A stretch of DNA of 64,000 nt from Macrostomum lignano (GCA_002269645.1 NIVC01001077.1:125573-189572); one strand, 5' to 3'. Shown: positions 25,780 through 40,384, counted from the first letter of the stretch. Notes: generated by a model from the letters alone, not told the origin. Numbers and translations: made by a program.

Positions 25780-27558
25780 ATGGAACAGCCACAACAACAG
25801 ATGGAACAGCCACAACAACAGATGGAACTGCCACAACAACAGATGGAACAGCCACAACAGCAGATGGAACAGCCACAACAACAGATGGAACAGCCACAAC
25901 AACAGATGGAACAGCCACAACAGCAGATGGAACAGCCACAACAACAGATGAAACAGCCACAACAACAGATGGAACAGCCACAACAACAGATGGAACAGCC
26001 ACAACAACAGATGGAACTGCCACAACACCAGATGAAACAGCCACAACAACAGATGGAACAGCCACAACAACAGATGGAACAGCCACAACAACAGATGGAA
26101 CAGCCACAACAACAGATGGAACAGCCACAACAACAGATGGAACTGCCACAACAGCAGATGGAACAAGCAAGCAATCGCTTAGGCCAGTGCCAGCGCTGCA
26201 ACACTTGGGCAGCTCGATACACCTGCCCAAGCTGCCTTGAGCACACCTGTTCTCTAACCTGCTCAACAGCTCACAAAGTTGCCACCGGGTGCAGCGGCAA
26301 GCGCGATCCCACAGAGTTTGTACCATTGAAAAGCTTCACAGATGCCAATCTATTAAGCGACTATCGATTCCTGGAGTCTGTCGATCACAGCCTAGACCGA
26401 GTGATGCGGCTGCGGCAGTCGCTGTGCACTCCTGTTGGCGGCGGTGGCAGCGGAGCCCGCGGACCCAGCAAGCAGCAGCGAGAGCTGCAGGTAAAAATGA
26501 TATTGATGTTAATTCCGATATTTTAAATATCCAAGGGTCCTCAAATTCTTCTATAGATAGATAGATAATAGATAGATGGATAGATAGATACAATAGATAT
26601 ACAGACAGACAGACAGAGAGGCAGACTGTCACACAGACAGGCAGACTGTCACACAGACAGGCAGACTGTCACACAGACAGACAGGCAGCCTGTCACACAG
26701 ACAGGCAGGCTGTCACACAGACAGGCAGACTGTTACACAGACAGACAGGCTGTCACACAGACAGACAGGCTGTCACACAGACAGACAGGCAGACTGTCAG
26801 ACAGATAGGCAGACTATCAAACAGACAGACAGGCAGACTATCACACAGGCAGACTGTCACACAGACAGGCAGACTGTCGCAGACAGACAGGCAGACTGTC
26901 ACAGACAGACAGGCGGACTGTCACAAAGACAGACAGGCTGTCACACAGACAGGCAGACTGTTACACAGACAGACAGGCTGTCACACAGACAGACAGGCAG
27001 ACTGTCAGACAGATAGGCAGACTATCAAACAGACAGACAGGCAGACTATCACACAGGCAGACTGTCACACAGACAGGCAGACTGTCGCAGACAGACAGGC
27101 AGACTGTCACAGACAGACAGGCAGCCTGTCACACAGACACACAGGCAGGCTATCACTAACATGCTAGGCTCCCGCAACCGCCGCAGGCATTCTGTCGCGC
27201 CAGCCGCGGCATCGAGCTGGTGTTCATGCCGGCCGGCATGTCTCGCAGGCGGTGCAACCGCAGCCACCTCAGGCAGGCCGGCAGGCGCAACAGCCAGTCA
27301 GGTTCGGCGCCCGCAGTCCACTGGACCGTTGAGGCTCGATTTCCAACTGGACGAAAATTTGCCTCCGCTCCGGACACTAGCCGACTGTCCGAGATTTTGC
27401 AACGCTGGCGTCACCTGTGGCCGAGCCAGCAGCCGGACTGCAGCCTGTGCCGGCTTGACCAGGGCGACAAGCTGTGCCCGATAGACTGCAACCAGAGCCT
27501 CGCCGATCTGCTTCGCGGCACCACCGTAGTTGAATTTCCAGTGTTTGTTATTCGCTAA
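25780..27558 (+). CDS. ZNHIT6: Box C/D snoRNP assembly factor ZNHIT6/BCD1; join(25780..26490,27187..27558), 360 aa including 18 N-terminal MEQPQQQ repeats
   Basis: The zf-HIT CQRCNTWAARYTCPSCLEHTCSLTCSTAHKVATGCSGKRD is followed by the BCD1 motif FTDANLLSDYRFLE. Exon 2 contains GIELVFMPAGMSRRRCNRS and the C-terminal TVVEFPVF. Donor cag|gtaaaa and acceptor ccgcag|gca are both phase 0. Confidence 0.9.
26550..27145. repeat. (GATA)/(GACA)-derived cagacaggcagactgtcaca repeat in the ZNHIT6 intron
   Basis: Visible. Confidence 0.92.
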
Positions 27559-27784
27559 TCTGTGTGTTTTAAAATAGGCATTTTTTAACTGGCATTTTGT
27601 TTCATTTGTTTCCGATAAGTGTCCTGTAACAGTTTGAATTCGTGAGCTGTCCTGCGACTGAAGCACAATTATAAAATAAATCATCTTTTTGTCACCTTGT
27701 TAAACCAACAGCTCGCCTTATTGATAGCAATAGCAGACCTTGATTGTTTCTCTGACTTTCCTTGCTTTCCAGGAGCTGCACTCG

Positions 27785-28322
27785 CTGTTAGACTGCTGTC
27801 ACCCTCCTTACACAGAATGCTGTCACCCTCCTAACAGACTGCTGTCACCCTCCTTACACAGAATGCTGTCACCCTCCTAACAGACTGCTGTCACCCTCCT
27901 ATCACAGACTGCTGTCACCCTCCTATTACATACTGCTGTCACCCCCTTACACAGACTGCTGTCACCCTCCTTACCCAGACTGTTGTCACCTTCTTATTAC
28001 AGACTGCTGTCACCCTCCTATTATGGACTGCTGTCACCCTCCTATTACTGTCTGCGTTACCATCCTTACACAGACTGCTGTCACCATCTTAACAGACTGC
28101 TGTCACCATCCTAACAGACTGCTGTCACCATCCTTACGCAGACTGCTGTCACTATCTTAACAGACTGCTGTCACCATCCTAACAGACTGCTGTCACCATC
28201 CTTACGCAGACTGCTGTCACTATCTTAACAGACTGCTGTCACCATCCTAACAGACTGCTGTCACCATCCTTACGCAGACTGCTGTCACCCTTCTAATACA
28301 GACTGCTGGCCTGTCACCCTCC
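27785..28322. repeat. ~24-26-bp minisatellite (cagactgctgtcaccctcctta)
   Basis: Visible. Confidence 0.9.
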
Positions 28323-28639
28323 TAATCCCCATAAAAAATCGTCTTATATTCCTGAGCAAATCTTCAGCAGAAAAAAGACAGCCATCAGGAGAGTTCGAGC
28401 TGTGTGCTCCCCCCCCCCTGAGCTAAACTTTTTGCGGCAGAGCTACAAAGTCCCAGCTTGTCAGCTCCGTCAGTCCGGATTCGCATGAGCTGGCGGCAGC
28501 GTTCACTGGCGCGTGCTCTCGCAGCTGTCCTGACTAATTTTACATGTTCAATCAGATGCTGTCTGTTGAAAGACAAAAGAAGCCAGGTCGAGCATGTACT
28601 TTTAATTTAGTGGAGTGGTCTAATAAAATAGACTGCTAA

Positions 28640-28930
28640 TAGCTAATAATAAAATGATAATAATTGATGACACCTGCCCCAATAGGGCCAGAAGTGCAAC
28701 CGACAGCTCAGCCGCAGCTATTGCGAGGCGCATCTGAAGGCTGCGTACGGCTGTTCAGTCCAAGGACTGGGGGGGGGGTCGCCACACACACCCTAAATTA
28801 CCCTACCTAATGCTGGCGCCCATTTTAAGTTAAGTGTCTTGCTCAAGGACATAAATTGTTCCAGTGGGATCGGGAATCGAACCCCCGACCTCAAGGTCAT
28901 GGTCCGACGCTCTATAACCACTTAGGCTAC
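28640..28930 (-). mobile_element. tRNA-derived SINE, family A, copy 2 (internally deleted)
   Basis: The reverse complement reads gtagcctaagtggttatagagcg...ggttcgattcc...ttgagcaagacacttaac and shares the 3' body cccagtccttggactgaacagccgtacgcagccttcagatgc with copy 1. Confidence 0.8.
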
Positions 28931-29534
28931 AACAACTAAAAAGCAACAAAGCTCCGGTTTACTTCATGCAGTTACGTGAAGCAACAAAACATCAAAATGC
29001 CTTGTCCAGATGCGCGCAACAAAAATGGTAAACGTAAATGGCTCATTTGATGGCGGTGTGAAAAAGTCTTTACTGTTTGCGATCGAATATTGACTGAACG
29101 TCATACTCGAACCAATCTTCCTGCCAGCCCCCAACCGAAAATTCGCGCTTATGGCAGCATCCTGAAGACTAAGAAACAAGATTGCGTCTTTTGGCCACGC
29201 GGAAGTTTCCTCAAACTCAAATTGGAGAAAGAGAGATTCTTAATTTTTAATCCTGTCCCAAATTTGTCTCTTCTCAGCACGCACATGCACACGAGTATGA
29301 AGGAAAAAGGGAATGTCAAGAGTGAGAGAGAATTGAGGAAAGCCAAGGCTTAGCTACAATTTAATGACTTGTTGCTCGCGTGTGCCGCGTCCAACCCCCC
29401 ACCGCGAGCCGGATAAGCAAAGGTTCTTTCTTTGCATGCACAGAAAAGTTTTTCCTTCTTGTGTCCCTGTCTTCCTTCCCGTCCTGTTGCAGCAGCGAAC
29501 AGAATGGCTGGCTGCTTGGTTTTTTCATTGGCAT

Positions 29535-29650
29535 TTCCTATATAAACTGCGCACGCGCACGTGAAACGTTGCTGGATCTCATTTCCGCTTGATCTAACCA
29601 TGGATTCTGTGAGCTTAATTATAACTTCTATGTCGTTGCCATGGGTAACC
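29535..29650 (+). promoter_or_regulatory. Promoter-like cluster: TATATAAA (29539-29546), GCGCACGCGCACGTG and an X-box GTTGCCATGGGTAAC (29635-29649)
   Basis: The motifs are seen directly in unique sequence; the target gene is not established. Confidence 0.35.
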
Positions 29651-29857
29651 GCGCTGGAAGCCAGGGATCTTTGTTTTTCCTTGCATCTATGAATACGTCA
29701 ATTCTTCAATTTAGCGCGTGCTTTTTCCGGTACAGTGCAACTGAAATATGAATGTGAATATCATGCAACTCTGACTGGCATTACAGGTGTCAATCAAAAT
29801 GGAATTATTCCGTGTCAGAATGCAAGTAAATTGCTTTGAGTTACAAGTAGAGAAAGT

Positions 29858-29918
<61 letters not shown>

Positions 29919-29983
29919 ATTAGTGTCTGTCTGTCTGTCTGTCTGTATTAGTGTCTGTCTTAGTGATTGTCTGTCTGTCTTAG
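29858..29983. repeat. (GTCT)n array, left part, interrupted by the piggyBac
   Basis: Visible; it continues at 32009. Confidence 0.93.
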
Positions 29984-32008
29984 CAGTAACACGACGGATG
30001 GCCTGCATAGCAGGCCATGGAGCCTTTCCACTCAAAACGGTTCTTTATGCCGAGCAGTCTGTGGGTAAATTGATGTCAACTCAAGCTCGCTATTCCAGAC
30101 TGCTAATTCTGCTGAGCCGAACGATTGACCATAGATATCTGTGTGGCACTGCAGTTAAGGACTGATGACCTGCATGGCAGGCCATCCGCTAATTCAGCAG
30201 AAGCAAAGACACGGTATTACGGTGTGGTTCAAATAATTTTATTTATGGAAGAGAACAAACCGTTATTAAAGTGAATATTTTTTACTTCTTACTCAATCTG
30301 ACAAATAGCAAAAATAACCCGCGGTTTCAACAAGAAGAACTTTACAAATTTGTTAAAATACGAGTACGCCGAGGCTTCAACAGAAATGAGTAGAAACGAG
30401 TAGAAACTTTCAGGAATTTACCACGTCAATTACTGAGAAGAAAACTGTTGATTAATAAGTTCAATGGGCCTAAGTACAGGGATATAATTTATCATAACAT
30501 CAAAATATAAAAGAGATTTATACACGAAAGCAATTGAATCCACATATAGAGTTAATTCAATTGTGCTATATTCGATTTATTTATTAATTTGCCAATGCAT
30601 TTGTTCCACAATGGACATCTTCAGGGCTTCATTAATACTCGTAATTTAATAGTCAGAAAACGATTCGGCACAATTGAATTTATTTTATATGTTGATTCTC
30701 GCTTTCGTTTATCTACTTTTTTTCAAGCGAGCTACTTTACCTAAAAGCGATTTAAACAACAGATTATAGCAGAAATTTCAACTCAATGTATCAAGTTTTT
30801 TAATGTGAGTTAGAATTAACAAAGGCAGAATTAGTTCTACGTGTGCCACTCACGAAAGCATTCACCAATGCACAGTCCGGGTGACCCTTGGCAGCTGGAG
30901 CAGACAAAGACTGTCTTTTTCTGAACACCATTTTGCCAGCAGACTCTGCATCTTTTGGCAGGTCTTTCTTGAGCTGCTGTCGCTGGGAGACGTTGAGCGT
31001 AGTGGCCATTGTTCTGCTGTTCCGGTTCATTCACAGGAGCAGCCCGTTTTCTGCCAGTACCAGAGTTGACCATCAGCTGACGTGTGTGTGCGCAGAAATG
31101 AAAGAAATTTAGCGGACCCACCAGCCTTCGAATACAAAATCCAGCAATTGTGTACTCCCTGAAGTAGCAGGTGAAAACCTAGGCGGTGAAACCAACGGTA
31201 AGTCTTACGACAGGCCAAGTACGGCTGTAGAGAACCATCCAGCCTGTCCACTCCGCCCATGTTCTTGGAGTAAACAAAAGCTGTGCTGTCCTCCACTTTG
31301 CTTTCGATCAACAAGCTTCACAGCAAGCAGGCCCTCTTTTCGAGAAAATGCACATGAGTTGGCAGGAAGAGCCAGCTGCCGTAGACAGTCGGGGATCCCG
31401 CGATCTTGTCGAACTGTGCCCGTCAGAAATGTGGATTTAGACAGCAGGAACTCGGCCAGTCGAGCCGAAGTAAACCAGCTGTCCGTGAACAGGTGATAGC
31501 CAAGGTTTAAAGTCTGGCTGCTCAACTCAACCACAATGCGCTCGCTGATAGAAAGGTGGTCACACTCCAGCCCTTGTCCAAATTTCCTGTTTTCCGCATC
31601 TGTACTGTGGATTAAAAAGTTCCACATGTACCCTGTCTGGGATTCACATAGACAGTACATTTTGATGCCAAACTTGTTTCGCTTGCTTGCAGGTATGTAC
31701 TGACGAAAAATCAGGCGTCCTTTGTACAGCACTAGCGATTCGTCAATGCAGATAACTTTAAAGTTATTCAACCTGTCAACGCAGTGACAACTCCAGTACA
31801 ATTTTTCAGTCAGGAGCTGTGACACTGAGTACAAACACGCCCATAGACAATATCGTAGTTGCCTGCAGCCATGGCCTGCATAGCAGGCCATCCGTCTTTA
31901 AGTGAGGAGATCAGAAGGTTTACAAAACTTAGAAAATTTTCTATGGCCTGCTATGCAGGCCACCCGTTCGCAATTGAGATGATATGTTTTCAATTCGTCA
32001 GGAAGAGG
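29984..32008 (-). mobile_element. Internally deleted piggyBac DNA transposon (PGBD4-like)
   Basis: Transposase remnants on the minus strand. The right end reads ...ttcgtcaggaagagg|ttag (a CCTCTTCC-type piggyBac terminus). Four subterminal palindromes ATGGCCTGC-nnn-GCAGGCCAT are present, and ttag flanks both sides. Confidence 0.88.
30837..31790 (-). pseudogene. piggyBac transposase pseudogene (N-terminus missing, frameshifts/deletions)
   Basis: The DDD catalytic motifs ICIDESLVLYKGR, YHLFTDSWFTS and NMGGVDRLD and the C-terminal Cys-rich domain CRVC...TVFVCSSC..SPGLCIGECFREWH are split across three frames. Confidence 0.9.
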
Positions 32009-33478
<1,470 letters not shown>

Positions 33479-34369
33479 AATAATTCCGGTGCCAGTCAAA
33501 CAATTGCTAATTATGCGAGTAGCTATTTACGCATTTGTTTACTTGCTGGGGAAATCTTCAGTAAATTATAATGTGGTTGATGGAGTAAAAGCACTTACAG
33601 GCAAGCATGTTTATTCTCACTATAGTGCCTGCACTCACACCGTGAATCCGATATCGAGTGAAGAGCCATGTGACGAGCAGCTTCACAACCATATTTCTCG
33701 ACCGAAATTAGTGCTGGGATTCGAGACCATCTAAAAAATAAGTCGATTTTTTTCGATTTTCCGTGAGCTTTAGCGGCAAAATGCAATTAACACACCGATT
33801 GCAGTAAGCAAATACCAGTCTAAGTTCATAGTGCTTCAGCTTAATTGAAGTCAACATGAAGAATATGATTGACAGTTTTCTCCTGTTTATAACATGCAAC
33901 ACCCCCCTTTTTGAGTGTTCTGTCGAGTTGAGTCCTTTTTAGTTTCAGTCTCGCGGTTTGTTTATTGTCTTCAAGCCATTGATCTTACTATATTATAGCA
34001 GCCTCTTTATTAATGGGATCTTTTTACAACTCTAAGTAAAAAATATATTTTCCCTATCGCCCGTTTTAAAACGGCCTACATAAACTTGTAATGACCTTCT
34101 CACGGGCCCATTCATAGTGTACCTTTATTTATAACTCAATATACACGCAGTCTGCAGCTTTCATTTTCATCCCAGACTGCTCTCGCTCCTTAACAGTTAA
34201 TCCAACTGTTATTTTTAAAGTGCATAGTTCCATTTAGATATTTTGGAATTTTGTTAAAAATTCAATCCCAGCGACAGCACACCTTGCAGCTTTACAAGCT
34301 TGAAATCTTATCTGACTGGCCCGCTTTTTTATGCTATTGTGCAAAATGTTGTGGTACTTCTGGTATTAG

Positions 34370-34756
34370 GTGACAATTAGGATGTGTCAGGTGAGACAAT
34401 AAGGGTGTGTCAGGTGAGACAATTAGGGTGTGTCAGGTGAGACAATTAGGGTGTGTCAGGTGAGACAATTAGGGTGTCAGGTGAGACAATTAGGGTATCA
34501 GGTGAGCCAATTAGGGTGTGTCAGGTAAGCCAATTAGGGTGTCAGGTGAGACAATTAGGGTGTCAGGTGAGACGATTAGTGTGTGTCTGTCAGGTGAGAC
34601 AATTAGGGTGCTGTGTCAGGTGAGACAATTAGGATGTGTCTGTCAGGTAAGCCAATTAGGGTGTCAGGTGAGACAATTAGGGTGTCAGGGGAGACAATTA
34701 GGGTGTCAGGTGAGACAATTAGGGTGTGTCAGGTGAGACAATTAGGGTGTCAGGTG
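34370..34756. repeat. 19-23-bp minisatellite (gtcaggtgagacaattagggt)
   Basis: Visible. Confidence 0.92.
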
Positions 34757-35274
34757 CATTCCAGACACAGCCCATAGAGTTTGCACAAGCAACAAACCAG
34801 TCAGTAGAAAGAGAAATGATGGAGAAACTTGTCGAGAACCAACTGCATGTGGCTGCCAGTTACCTCTTAGTTAGTGAGGCTGGCGCATCATTGGCAGCGG
34901 GGTGGACCCAATCAGCGCCCTCGTGCATCTGGCTGGAGTCAACTGTTAAAAGTACACGTATGTACTAGCTAGGTAAAAAGAGGCGGATAGGGATCTGCCA
35001 GTGGATCTGCTGCATCAGGGTTCGGAGCAGCGCGGGCACCGAGCCTGCAAAACGGTGAAGGCAGCTGGCCGGAGGAAGAGCATTGTAAATTGCACTTCAC
35101 CCCGTCATTTAGATGATCGATCCCTTTATAGCTATTCATCGCTAAAAGCGTGTTGAATAAAACACCGACAAACTCTCATCTTCGATATTGACGGTAAGTA
35201 GTTGTCTTCGTGGCACTTTTGCTTGTGAAAAATTCTGTTCTCAGCGGAAGTCTGTGGTTTGTGTAGGGGGGGGG

Positions 35275-36160
35275 GGTATTTAGACACGGATTTTATGATG
35301 GGAGATTTAGACACGGATTTTATGGTGGGAGATTTAGACACAGATTTTATGATGGGAGATTTAGACACGAATTTTATAATGGGAGATTTAGACACGGATT
35401 TTATGGTTGGAGATTTAGACACGGATTTTATGGTGGGAGATTTAGACACGGATTTTATGGTGGGAGATTTAGACACGGGTTTCATGGTGGGAGATTTAGA
35501 CACGGATTTTATGGTGGGAGATTTAGACACGGATTTTATTGTGGGAGATTTAGACACGGATTTAATGGTGGGAGATTTAGACACGGATTTTATTGTGGGA
35601 GATTTAGACACGGATTTTATTGTGGGAGATTTAGACACGGGTTTCATGGTGGGAGATTTAGACACGGGTTTTATTGTGGGAGATTTAGACACGGGTTTCA
35701 TGGAGGGAGATTTAGACACGGGTTTCATGGTGGGAGATTTAGACACGGATTTTATGGTGGGAGATTTAGACACGGGTTTCATGGTGGGAGATTTAGACAC
35801 GGATTTTATTGTGGGAGATTTAGACACGGATTTTATGGTGGGAGATTTAGACACGGATTTTATTGTGGGAGATTTAGACACGGATTTTATTGTGGGAGAT
35901 TTAGACACGGGTTTCATGGTGGGAGATTTAGACACGGGTTTTATTGTGGGAGATTTAGACACGGGTTTCATGGAGGGAGATTTAGACACGGGTTTTATTG
36001 TGGGAGATTTAGACACGGGTTTCATGGTGGGAGATTTAGACACGGATTTTATTGTGGGAGATTTAGACACGGATTTTATTGTGGGAGATTTAGACGCGGA
36101 TTTTATTGTGGGAGATTTAGACACGGTTTTTATGATGGCAGATTTAGACACGGATTTTAA
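35275..36160. repeat. 24-bp minisatellite (gggagatttagacacggattttatggt-type)
   Basis: Visible; the 8-aa periodic ORFs on both strands are a consequence of the unit length. Confidence 0.95.
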
Positions 36161-36724
36161 CAGTATGAGTTAGCAATCCAATTATCTATGTAGTATTCAT
36201 CTGAACCTTCAAAATAAGCATCCCGTGTTCTTCTATTTAATCCAGTATTGCTCAGGCGAATTTCTACGAGTGATAAACAGAAGCGACAAGAGAAAAAGCT
36301 CAATCCACCGCTATAGTCCTCCTTAGATCCCAATTTTTCAGCGCCAAACTCTCTCCATTATGGAGAGCAAGCCTGCTGAGTTGGCATCTGTTCGCTGCCA
36401 AAAATAAATGAGTACAATGCTAGCTCGTACAATGATTTTGTAGTGCAGCTTTGGTTGGCTTGCTGAGATGCAGCTAACCAACAGTGTTTGACAAGGGGAA
36501 ATGGCGTGAGAAGTGGCAGAATGCGCCACGCCAGCCCTGCTCCAACCCTCAGCTGTCCTCTCACTCCCCAGCACTGTACACCCTGCATATTTCCAAGCCG
36601 ATATGCGGAATTTGATACACACCTTATTGGCAGCCATGTGCATTTGATTGCGAAAAAGTTATCCAATGTCAATCAATGTAAGAATATATTGATTTCTACC
36701 TTGGACTTGTACTTTAGTTAGCCA

Positions 36725-37265
36725 TCGTCTTTTGAATGTATTTGTGGCTTTCTGAATGTATTTGTGGGCCTTCTGAATGCATTTGTGGCTTTCTGAATGT
36801 ATTTGTGGCTTTCTGAATGTATTTGTGGGCCTTCTGAATGCATTTGTGGCTTTCTGAATGTATTTGTGGCTTTCTGAATGTATTTGTGGTTTTCTGAAGG
36901 TATTTGTGCACTTCTTAATCTATTTTTTGGCTTTCTGAATGTATTTGTGGCTTTCTGAATGTATTTGTGGTTTTCTGAAGGTATTTGTGCACTTCTTAAT
37001 CTATTTTTTGGCTTTCTGAATGTAGTTTTGGCTTTTTAATGCATTTATGACTTTTTTACGTATTTGTGGCTTTCCGAATGCATTTCCGGCTTTCTGAATG
37101 TCTGAATGTATTTGTGGCTTTCTGAATGTATTTGTGGCTTTCTAAATGTATTTGTGCCCTTCTTAATGTAGTTGTAGGCCTTCTGAATGTATTTGTGGCT
37201 TTCTAAATGTATTTGTGCCCTTCTTAATGTAGTTGTGGGCCTTCTGAATGTATTTGTGGCTTTCT
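36725..37265. repeat. ~21-22-bp minisatellite (ttctgaatgtatttgtggct)
   Basis: Visible. Confidence 0.92.
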
Positions 37266-37959
37266 AGGTTTGGATTGATCACTGAAAGGACTGCTAGGGT
37301 TAATTTCGGGAGAAGTATACAGCGATACAATTGATGACCAGAATCTCCATAGTCTTATTTTGTAGTTGAATAGATTCTCCATCTCCCTCTCTAAGCATCT
37401 CAGCCTCTCTCTCTCTCCTGATGAAGCGGCCCCAATCTCTCGAGTGCTCAACCAAGCATCGCGATGGGTTTCAAGCCTCAGTCCCTACTATAACAGAATC
37501 CAAGACCGCTGGGCTACATCTCCTCATTCCCAATGTGCCGGTCGCAGGACGGCCCGCCCCCCATAGTTACTGCAAAGTTGCTCTTGGACCCGAGCTCCCA
37601 CTCTCCCCTTATTTCTTCCCCATGCGGAGCTGCTCTCGATCTATTCTATATATCCTTTTTTCTTTCCTTTTCCGATAGACCGAGCATGAGACAGGCAGTA
37701 AGGCCAACTCAAGGGTTTGAGGATCGAACAGTGGGGGGGGGGTGATGGGGTCTAAGGGATAAACAGGCTGGCAGAGTTGCTGCCACTGCTGCTTCTGAGC
37801 TGTTAGGGATGAAGTTCTCTACCAAGTGGGAAGCAACGGCGGTGCATAGAGTGCGAGACTTATTTTGCTGTTATTTAGGCTCAGAACTGCACGAGGAAAA
37901 CTTTTCCGCGAGTGCAAGGGTTGTGTTAATTTTTAAAATACATGTTTTTTGCACAGCAT

Positions 37960-39880
37960 CTGTCCCACCGCTCTGCCCTCTTGTCTCCCCGCTCTGTTCT
38001 CTTGTCTCACCCTCTCTGCCCTCTTGTCTCCCCGCTCAGGTTTCTTGTCTCACCCTCTCTGCCCTCTTGTCTCACCCGCTCTGCCGTGTTGTCTCTCACC
38101 CGCTCTGCCCTGTTGTCTCATCCACTCTGCCCTCTTGTCTCCCCGCTCAGGTTTCTTGTCTCACCCTCTCTGCCCTCTTGTCTCACCCGCTCTGCCGTGT
38201 TGTCTCTCACCCGCTCTGCCCTGTTGTCTCATCCACTCTGCCCTCTTGTCTCCCCGCTCAGGTTTCTTGTCTCACCCTCTCTGCCCTCTTGTCTCACCCT
38301 CTCTGCCCTCTTGTCTCACCCGCTCTGCCGCGTTGTCTCTCACCCGCTCTGCCATGTTGTCTCATCCACTCTGCCCTCTTGTCTCCCCGCTCAGGTTTCT
38401 TGTCTCACCCTCTCTGCCCTCTTGTCTCACCCGCTCTGCCGTGTTGTCTCTCACCCGCTCTGCCCTGTTGTCTCATCCACTCTGCCCTCTTGTCTCCCCG
38501 CTCAGGTTTCTTGTCTCACCCTCTCTGCCCTCTTGTCTCACCCGCTCTGCCGTGTTGTCTCACCCGCTCTGCCCTGTTGTCTCATCCACTCTGCCCTCTT
38601 GTCTCCCCGCTCAGGTTTCTTGTCTCACCCTCTCTGCCCTCTTGTCTCACCCTCTCTGCCCTCTTGTCTCACCCACTCTGCCGCGTTGTCTCTCACCCGC
38701 TCTGCCATGTTGTCTCATCCACTCTGCCCTCTTGTCTCCCCGCTCAGGTTTCTTGTCTCACCCTCTCTGCCCTCTTGTCTCCCCGCTCAGGTTTCTTGTC
38801 TCACCCTCTCTGCCCTCTTGTCTCCCCGCTCAGGTTTCTTGTCTCACCCTCTCTGCCCTCTTGTCTCCCCGCTCAGGTTTCTTGTCTCACCCTCTCTGCC
38901 CTCTTGTCTCCCCGCTCAGGTTTCTTGTCTCACCCTCTCTGCCCTCTTGTCTCCCCGCTCAGGTTTCTTGTCTCACCCTCTCTGCCCTCTTGTCTCCCCG
39001 CTCAGGTTTCTTGTCTCACCCTCTCTGCCCTCTTGTCTCCCCGCTCAGGTTTCTTGTCTCACCCTCTCTGCCCTCTTGTCTCTCCGCTCAGGTTTCTTGT
39101 CTCACCCTCTCTGCCCTCTTGTCTCACCCACTCTGCCGCGTTGTCTCTCACCCGCTCTGACATGTTGTCTCATCCACTCTGCCCTCTTGTCTCCCCGCTC
39201 AGGTTTCTTGTCTCACCCTCTCTGCCCTCTTGTCTCACCCGCTCTGCCGTGTTGTCTCCCCGCTCTGCCATGTTGTCTCATCCACTCTGCCCTCTTGTCT
39301 CCCCGCTCTGCTTTCTTGTCTCACCCTCTCTGCCCTCTTGTCTCCCCGCTCAGGTTTCTTGTCTCACCCTCTCTGCCCTCTTGTCTCACCCACTCTGCCG
39401 CGTTGTCTCTCACCCGCTCTGCCCTGTTGTCTCATCCACTCTGCCCTCTTGTCTCCCCGCTCTGCTTTCTTGTCTCACTATCTCTGCCCTCTTGTCTCAC
39501 CCGCTCTGCCGTGTTGTCTCTCACCCGCTCTGCCATGTTGTCTCATCCACTCTGCCCTGCCTGTTGTCTCCCCGCTCTGCCTGTTGTCTCACCCACTCTG
39601 CTCTCTTGTCTAACCTGCTCTGCTCTCTTGTCTCACCCGCTCTGCCCTCTTGTCTCACCCTATCTGCTTTCTTGTCTCACCCGCTCTGCCCTGTTGTCTC
39701 ACCCACTCTGCTCTCTTGTCTAACCTGCTCTGCTCTCTTGTCTCACCCGCTCTGCCCTCTTGTCTCACCCTATCTGCTTTCTTGTCTCACCCACACTGTT
39801 CTCTTGTCTCACCCGCTCTGTTCTCTTGTCTCACCCACACTGTTCTCTTGTCTAACCTACTCAGCTCTCTGTCTCACCCG
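37960..39880. repeat. Compound pyrimidine-rich minisatellite (cttgtctcaccctctctgccct and variants)
   Basis: Visible; it generates the 735/593/403-aa ORFs. Confidence 0.95.
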
Positions 39881-40384
39881 CAATCCCGAACTTCTACTTC
39901 CTGAATTACATTCAGAGCTCCTGTTTCCTAAGCCATGCCATGCGAAGCTACAAAGAGATTCAAACATATGGATTAACAACAGAGGTCAATTCCTCTATGC
40001 CTCTCTTTCTCTGTGAAATATCTGATTTTCTGTCCTATAAGTACGTCATCTCAATAACTGTCTCATTTGATCCTCCTACATTGAGCTGACTGCCCGCCCA
40101 CCCCTTCCGAGTGATAGAGATTAACTAGAGCTCAGCCTAGGTTTACACTGATACTCACGCGATGCTTAGCGGCTTAGCGGCACAAACGATAGCTCTGATG
40201 AATAAGGGCCATCATGAACCAACAGTCAGATTAGTACAAATGCATAACCCCGCCAATGTAGGCTCAAATTTAGCCAGAGTAGCAAACACTTATAGAGAGC
40301 CGGTTAGCGGATTGGTAATTTGTAATATTTTTAATAATTCTAGTTGGGGGGCCTAATCCCCATGACTTGGGTGTCTCATTTATC

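Noticed and set aside
34864-34942. Isolated exon-like segment on the minus strand (ttaacag|...aagag|gtaact; VDSSQMHEGADWVHPAANDAPASLTK)
   Set aside because: The splice sites are plausible, but no partner exons or homology could be found.
35132-36173. ORFs (SKSPTIKSV)n resembling neurofilament KSP repeats, and the antisense (GDLDTDFM)n
   Set aside because: A 24-bp unit without stops on either strand produces both. There are no convincing flanking coding sequences or splice sites.
37809-40016. Very long ORFs (735, 593 and 403 aa)
   Set aside because: They lie entirely within a stop-free pyrimidine-rich tandem array, are open in several frames and have no unique domain.
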